Virus record (IMG/VR): IMGVR_UViG_3300028840_008160
Span: 124,001 to 188,000 of that record
Strand: one strand, 5' to 3'
DNA: 64,000 bases
A model generated the notes under the pieces. It saw nothing but the letters and a program-made list of their open reading frames with translations, did no database searches and was not told the DNA's origin. Shown piece by piece: positions 58,366 through 64,000 of the stretch. Both the position numbers and the translations under genes were made by a program. Every line of letters starts with the position of its first letter. The first letter of the stretch is position 1.

Positions 58366-58596
58366 ATGAAGTGTCTTTTTGAATCGGTAGATTGTGAGCA
58401 TAGAAATACTGGTGGGTGTTCAAGGGGCGACTGTGTGTTCGCACCGCAGGAAGCTAAGGAGCAACCTGCCGACATCCACCAACAGGCCCAGCCTACAATT
58501 TGCCCTTTGTATGTGCAGGGTCATATCTGTCGTTGGGGGCACGGTTATATTTGCGGTGCATCTCCGTGTAGCGATACGGGCAAACAGCAGGCGTAG
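58366..58596 (+). CDS. Small Cys-rich hypothetical protein
   Basis: ORF track; GC-richer than its flanks. Confidence 0.4.
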   Translation: MKCLFESVDCEHRNTGGCSRGDCVFAPQEAKEQPADIHQQAQPTICPLYVQGHICRWGHGYICGASPCSDTGKQQA

Positions 58597-58616
58597 GCCA
58601 GTTATTAGGATAGCTT

Positions 58617-59675
58617 ATGTCATATAAGCTTAGAAAATTTGAATGTGAACATTGTCATAATAAGTTTGAAAGAAAAGCTAAAAAGGCTAAGTATTGTAGT
58701 ACACAGTGTCAGATAGCTTATAAAAATCCAGGACTGAATTTTCATCCTTCTCAAACTGAGATATTTGCACAAAAAATATTTCATTGTGAATACTGCAAAG
58801 AACCATTTTCTTCTCGTGAAAATAAACGTCGAAAATATTGTAGCCACGAATGTCAGTTATTTGATTTAAAGGCTAAAAAGAAGATTACGGGTCGAAAAAA
58901 AACATGTAAAGATTATGATAAAGTATGTAAGACATGTGGTGATAGTTTTACTACAAAATCAAAAAATAGAAGATTTTGCAGCACATTGTGTTGGTACATG
59001 TCAGATGAATGTAGAAGAAAATGTTCACATGCTGTTAGATATAATGGTATTACATTTAGAAGTTCATGGGAAGCAATTATAGCTGAAAGTCTTGATAAAG
59101 CTTGCTTCAAATATGAGTACGAAAAACATACGTTTGATGTAGGTAATGACATAGGTAAGTATATACCAGATTTTTATATTCCTGAAAAAGATGTCTTCAT
59201 TGAAGTTAAGGGACAGTGGATAGGTGATGCAAAAAAGAAAGTTGCTAGATTCAAAGAATTGTATAGCGATAAACGATTGTATGTTATTGAGTCAGTCGAT
59301 TCGTTAAATATCTTTATGCTGCTGCAATATTTATATGGGCTGTCTCATTTTGATTTTGATTCAAAAGATGAAAATTATATCGAAGGTCGAGTGCGTTACG
59401 TATGCATGTTGATGATAGACGAGATTATTGAAGTTTTACGAGAAACAAATTATAAAGAACATAAGCAACCAAAAGTCGTAGATAGAGATCACCTTATTGA
59501 AGAAGTCGTTGACGTGTTCATATTTGTGTTAAATTTGATGCTGTTGTTGAAAGTTGATTTCAAAGAATTTAAACATGCATTTAAGCAGAAGTATACATTA
59601 AATAGATTTAGAATTCTTTTTCCACAGATTAAATTCAAATCAATCGCTACATTTTTTGAAGACGTAAATCATTGA
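58617..59675 (+). CDS. Zn-finger PD-(D/E)XK endonuclease fused to dimeric-dUTPase/MazG-like domain
   Basis: CxxC repeats, FRSSWE, YIPDF, IEVKG; C-terminal DEIIE, YKEHK, EEVVDVFIF. Confidence 0.7.
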   Translation: MSYKLRKFECEHCHNKFERKAKKAKYCSTQCQIAYKNPGLNFHPSQTEIFAQKIFHCEYCKEPFSSRENKRRKYCSHECQLFDLKAKKKITGRKKTCKDYDKVCKTCGDSFTTKSKNRRFCSTLCWYMSDECRRKCSHAVRYNGITFRSSWEAIIAESLDKACFKYEYEKHTFDVGNDIGKYIPDFYIPEKDVFIEVKGQWIGDAKKKVARFKELYSDKRLYVIESVDSLNIFMLLQYLYGLSHFDFDSKDENYIEGRVRYVCMLMIDEIIEVLRETNYKEHKQPKVVDRDHLIEEVVDVFIFVLNLMLLLKVDFKEFKHAFKQKYTLNRFRILFPQIKFKSIATFFEDVNH

Positions 59676-59732
59676 TTATTTAGGTGATTATTCTACTGAA
59701 CAATTATCTAGATATGTTAAAATAGAGATGAC

Positions 59733-61352
59733 ATGCAACCACGATTTGATACAAAGCAGATTACTGATTTCTTTCCGTTCCCTACCTATAGACCATATCA
59801 ACGAGAGACTGTTGAGCAAGTTCAACGTCATCTTTTGGATGGTGTTAAAGATATCATTTTAGAGATGCCAACTGGCTCCGGTAAATCACCTGTTGCAATA
59901 AGCGCAGGTTTATGGTCGAGTAATGCGTACGCATTAACATCTCAAAAGATTTTACAAGATCAATACGTTCGTGATTTTGAAGAAGGCATGGAAGTTGCTT
60001 TACTAAAAGGTCGTGGCAATTATGAATGCACTTTTATGGGTGCACCAACAATGTGTAATGAATGCTATGAACCTGCAAGAAAAAATTGTTATAAAACTGG
60101 TGTTTGTTTGTACCGTAATGCGAAGATGCGAGCTGCAGCAGCTAATGTGGCATTGATGAATTATTCATATTTTCTTAATGTCACTGATTGTGATCCTGGC
60201 GAAACATTCAAGCCTCGAAAATTACTTATATGTGATGAAGCTCATTTACTTGAGAAAGAATTAATGGGCCAAATTGAATTCATTTTATCTGAATTTACTT
60301 TTAAGCGAGTTGGTTATGAAGTACATATACCAACTTATGATACATTAGATGAATATCATCAATGGATTGAAGCCCATATTGGTAATATTGGTCGTGTTCT
60401 TCATGATAAAGAAGTTGAGTTGAAAAGTTTAAATGATGTTAGAGCTAGATTAAATCGATCATCTCACGAATTTCTTAAGTTGTCAGGTGAGGCTTCTGAA
60501 ATAACGTCACAAGCAGAAGAACTCGATAGATTATTTCGTAGAATGAAAACATTTTTGAATACGTTAAATCATGTTGAATGGATTTTTACTATTGAAAAAA
60601 CGCAAAAGCTTAAGATGAAAAAGATTGTATTTCGACCATTAACAGTTGATATGTTTGGTGTTGATACGTTATTTAGATTCGGTGAACAAAGACTCTATCT
60701 ATCTGCTACGATATTAGATAAGAACAGTTTTTGTCGAAGTCTTGGTCTTAATGCTGATGAAGCTGTATTTATTCGTGTACCATCAACATTTCCAGTACAA
60801 AATAGAAAGATTTATTTTACTAATTCTGGTTTTATGAATATGGCAAACATTGATGATACATTACCGAATATTGCTAGAGACTTAAATAGAGCACTTGAAT
60901 ATCATAAGACAGAAAAAGGAATTGTTCATTGTCATTCATATAAGATTGCTCAATTTATTGAGAATAATTGTGGTAATGATAGATTGCTTTTTCATACTAG
61001 TGAAAATAGAGAAGGCACACTAAATCGTTTTATGCGTGCTGAATATCCAGCTGTTTTGGTATCGCCATCAATGACAGAAGGTGTTGATTTAAAGGATGAT
61101 CTTGCTAGATGGGAAGTGATTGTTAAAATTCCGTATTTATATATCGGTGACAAACAGATAGCAAGACGAATGACTATTGATAGAGACTGGTATAACTGGC
61201 AAACATGTTTGACTTTAGTTCAAAGTTATGGTCGAATTTTTCGATCTGAACACGATTGGGGAACTGCATATATCTTCGATAGTGGTGCTAGGTCTTTCAT
61301 ACGAAAGAATAGGCACATTCTTCCCGATTGGTTTTTAGAAGCTTGCTCTTAA
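59733..61352 (+). CDS. DinG/XPD-family helicase
   Basis: RPYQ, PTGSGKS, Cys cluster, DEAH, LSAT, QSYGR..R. Confidence 0.88.
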   Translation: MQPRFDTKQITDFFPFPTYRPYQRETVEQVQRHLLDGVKDIILEMPTGSGKSPVAISAGLWSSNAYALTSQKILQDQYVRDFEEGMEVALLKGRGNYECTFMGAPTMCNECYEPARKNCYKTGVCLYRNAKMRAAAANVALMNYSYFLNVTDCDPGETFKPRKLLICDEAHLLEKELMGQIEFILSEFTFKRVGYEVHIPTYDTLDEYHQWIEAHIGNIGRVLHDKEVELKSLNDVRARLNRSSHEFLKLSGEASEITSQAEELDRLFRRMKTFLNTLNHVEWIFTIEKTQKLKMKKIVFRPLTVDMFGVDTLFRFGEQRLYLSATILDKNSFCRSLGLNADEAVFIRVPSTFPVQNRKIYFTNSGFMNMANIDDTLPNIARDLNRALEYHKTEKGIVHCHSYKIAQFIENNCGNDRLLFHTSENREGTLNRFMRAEYPAVLVSPSMTEGVDLKDDLARWEVIVKIPYLYIGDKQIARRMTIDRDWYNWQTCLTLVQSYGRIFRSEHDWGTAYIFDSGARSFIRKNRHILPDWFLEACS

Positions 61353-61422
61353 ATTTGTTGACTTTTACAGTAAATGATTAATTACTGTAGTGTTACTTTT
61401 AAGTTAACAAAGGAGTAGTGCA

Positions 61423-62013
61423 ATGGCTAAACGTCGGAAAAAAGATCCGGTAGAAGTAGCAGATGAATTGAATCAAACGGGTGAACTTCCTGAAGATGAA
61501 GAAACAGCAAAGCCGCCCAAATGGGTTAGGTATGATGAATTGAAGCCAATTGTTTCTGAACTTATTGAAATGTATCCGGAAAAGTTGAATCATATTAGAC
61601 CTTCTTCTATTGGCTATGCAGCATTTTCTAAGAAGCGGTCTGATGTCGCTGCAAAGGTATATCCTATGCGGCCTATGTTTGGTTTATTTTCAAACGTAGA
61701 ATATATTGTGGCTATTCATATTGAATCTTGGGTGTTGAAATCAGTATCTGAACGATATGTACTGATACTGCATGAGTTATTACATATACCAGCAGAAGGA
61801 TTTGATGAAAATAGTAATGATTATAGAAAGACTATAAAGCATGACATTCAAGATTTTGCTTTTGTGTTAGAACATTTTGGCATACATTGGGAAAATTCTG
61901 AGAAGATATTGAAAAAAAGGAAAGTAGATGAAGCACAAACAGAAGTCCAAGATACCGAATCAAAAGAAACAGTTGACGTTCGTGAAGACGAAGAAGACGA
62001 ATCAACAGAGTAA
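61423..62013 (+). CDS. Putative phage metallopeptidase
   Basis: HELLH and HDIQDF. Confidence 0.7.
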   Translation: MAKRRKKDPVEVADELNQTGELPEDEETAKPPKWVRYDELKPIVSELIEMYPEKLNHIRPSSIGYAAFSKKRSDVAAKVYPMRPMFGLFSNVEYIVAIHIESWVLKSVSERYVLILHELLHIPAEGFDENSNDYRKTIKHDIQDFAFVLEHFGIHWENSEKILKKRKVDEAQTEVQDTESKETVDVREDEEDESTE

Positions 62014-62014
62014 G

Positions 62015-62245
62015 ATGGCGATGTTGAAGAAGAATGACGTTGTCATTCTATCATTGAAAAATAGTTCAAAATATTTTCATCCTTTGCTTATAAAATTTGA
62101 GTCGGTAATCATATCAGCGACAAATGAACAGATTACTATACCAGCTCCGGTAAAAAGCGCGTCAGAAAAAACTTGGACGATTAAACATGATGACATTGAT
62201 TTGTTACTATTGAAAATTGGCAATGAAAAAAGCACTCTTAGTTGA
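62015..62245 (+). CDS. Hypothetical protein
   Basis: ATG right after upstream stop. Confidence 0.5.
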   Translation: MAMLKKNDVVILSLKNSSKYFHPLLIKFESVIISATNEQITIPAPVKSASEKTWTIKHDDIDLLLLKIGNEKSTLS

Positions 62246-63131
62246 CGCACATCATCTGTTAAGCCGAACATATCATGTTCCGTCTTTTCAGAATATGTCT
62301 ATAGAGATTGATGGTGAACGAGTACATACAGGCGCTGCATACGGATTTTTATTGTCATTGAAGAAATTTATTGAATTACATAAGCATAATGATGATGTTT
62401 TAATTGTGGTCTGGGATGGTGGTCGTGGATTTAGAGTAAAATTAAGTCCTACATATAAAGCAAACAGAACTAAAAGAACATCTGAGTTCATTGAACAGTT
62501 GAAATTAACTAGACAATTTTTACACGTCATGGGCGTAATGCAGTGTCAAGTCGCTGATGCTGAAGCAGATGATGTAATTGGCACATTAACTCGTAGAGCT
62601 AGAAGTACCGGTTATCAAGTTCTAATTTTATCTGGCGATAAAGATTTCAATCAATTAGTAAGTAAACACGTAAATATATTGAATCCAAAAGGCAAAGATG
62701 AATATATTTTAGTTACGCCACAATATGTAAAAGAAAAATATGGTATAACTCCTAGTTTATTTATCGATTATTTAGCTCTTCTAGGTGATTCGTCAGATAA
62801 TGTAGCTGGTTTAGAAGGCTGCGGAAAGAAAACTGCTTCTGAACTTGTTCAATGCAACGGTACAATTGAAGATATTATTGCAGCTAAAACTCTCTTTAAG
62901 TTTGGTCGTGATGGATCTAAAAAATCTGTAAGTAAAAAATTGGAAGAAAAAATTAAATTAGCCACTGATCAACTTAAATTATCAAAGCAGTTGGTTAGTA
63001 TAAGAACAACAGAAAATGCTGAAATAGAATATGATAAACCTAATTTTTTGACTCTCAAGGCGATGTTTAAAACTTATGGATTCAAGACATTTTTAAATAG
63101 GTTCAACGAGTTTGTTGCTGCGTTTTCTTAA
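62223..63131 (+). CDS. 5'-3' exonuclease / flap endonuclease
   Basis: LVDAHH, YKANR, EADDVIGT, SGDKD, GDSSDN..G..G.GKKTA. Confidence 0.92.
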   Translation: MKKALLVDAHHLLSRTYHVPSFQNMSIEIDGERVHTGAAYGFLLSLKKFIELHKHNDDVLIVVWDGGRGFRVKLSPTYKANRTKRTSEFIEQLKLTRQFLHVMGVMQCQVADAEADDVIGTLTRRARSTGYQVLILSGDKDFNQLVSKHVNILNPKGKDEYILVTPQYVKEKYGITPSLFIDYLALLGDSSDNVAGLEGCGKKTASELVQCNGTIEDIIAAKTLFKFGRDGSKKSVSKKLEEKIKLATDQLKLSKQLVSIRTTENAEIEYDKPNFLTLKAMFKTYGFKTFLNRFNEFVAAFS

Positions 63132-63320
63132 AACAATGATTTAAACACTGCGAACTTTACGACATACATGTATATAAGCATTTCACAACATAACAGTACT
63201 AATGTAATACGAGACCAACTTTTTTTGTAAATTTAAGCTTGCTACAAGTATATAATGACAAAGTAGACAATGGAAATAACTTATCAGTTTAACCGGCCTT
63301 AACCAAAATAGGAGGTGTTT

Positions 63321-63677
63321 ATGGCCACTCGCAGAAAGACAAAAGATCAGCAGTTTAGAATGCCTGATCTGATCACTGTCGTTCAGGAAGTTACAAGCCT
63401 TTCTCGCCGTGAATCAAAGGTGGCAATTCAAGCTGTTATTTATGCCATCAAGAAGGGTCTGGTGGAAAAAGGTTATGTGAAGATTCCTGGTTTTGGTAAG
63501 TTTGTCAAGGTTCACAAGGATGCAACTGAACGTAAGTCATTTGGTAAGATGACAAAAATTCCTGCAAAGGATGTCGTGAAGTTCCGTCCGTTGAAGAACC
63601 TCAAGCTGCTCACCAATGGACAGATTGAACTTGAAGTTTATGATGATGAGGAAGAAGAAGCAGACGACGAAGAATAA
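63321..63677 (+). CDS. HU/IHF-family DNA-binding protein with acidic tail
   Basis: VKIPGFGKF, IPAK.VVKFRP. Confidence 0.88.
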   Translation: MATRRKTKDQQFRMPDLITVVQEVTSLSRRESKVAIQAVIYAIKKGLVEKGYVKIPGFGKFVKVHKDATERKSFGKMTKIPAKDVVKFRPLKNLKLLTNGQIELEVYDDEEEEADDEE

Positions 63678-63702
63678 ACTTCATTCATTTCTGGATAAAG
63701 TC

Positions 63703-63732
63703 AAAGCTGGCGCTTATGCGCCAGCTTTTTTT
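63703..63732 (+). terminator. Intrinsic terminator
   Basis: AAAGCTGGCGC-ttat-GCGCCAGCTTT then T-run. Confidence 0.85.
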
Positions 63733-63788
63733 CTGTAAAGTTGACGATAAAAAATGTATAGAAAAATAAAATTGGAAGGATTGTAAAT

Positions 63789-63950
63789 ATGAAAATTAAA
63801 TGTTCACATTGCGGGTTAGAAAAAGAAAAGAAACGAACAGTCGTCAGAGCTGTCGATTCGCATAACAATTTAGTTGAATATTTTTGTAATGAATGCAAAA
63901 ATGTTACTGTCAAACTTGAAAATATAGAGGATGGGGCGTATGAAAAATGA
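63789..63950 (+). CDS. Small zinc-finger protein
   Basis: SD GGAAGG; CSHC...CNEC. Confidence 0.55.
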   Translation: MKIKCSHCGLEKEKKRTVVRAVDSHNNLVEYFCNECKNVTVKLENIEDGAYEK

Positions 63951-64000
63951 AGATGTTGTAGTTCAAAATGTGTTTGTTCCGTTTGTAAAAAAGATTAACA

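Overview
A 64-kb AT-rich segment of a large (jumbo-type) tailed phage genome; essentially all real genes are on the + strand. Layout: virion/baseplate genes with an embedded FtsK-type ATPase (1-8.8 kb); helicase, lysis and replication genes, trigger factor and nucleases (9-17.8 kb); a Ro60/TROVE-like vWA + ARPP-like pair (17.9-20.8 kb); a ~30-kb translation-takeover island (20.8-53.9 kb); then NadD, primase, sigma factor, NusG, DinG helicase, 5'-3' exonuclease and HU. The island has about 57 tRNA or tRNA-like genes covering all 20 amino acids, an RNase P RNA, a tmRNA with a group I intron, an intron-split tRNA-Asn, intein-containing RtcB, Pth2, several endonucleases and several unclassified ncRNAs. 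Main discovery: the tRNAs fall into four operons, each headed by a short leader ORF plus mutually exclusive antiterminator/terminator hairpins, and each leader's codons closely match the anticodons of its own downstream tRNAs (4/4, 19/21, 12/12, 7/7). I infer ribosome-stalling attenuators that switch on the tRNA set the infected cell lacks. Also found: three Y-RNA-like RNAs associated with the Ro60-like gene, and a CTWYG-N9-RTGAYTA promoter-like motif lying exactly 7 nt before six start codons. All calls are by eye; no searches or folding programs were run.
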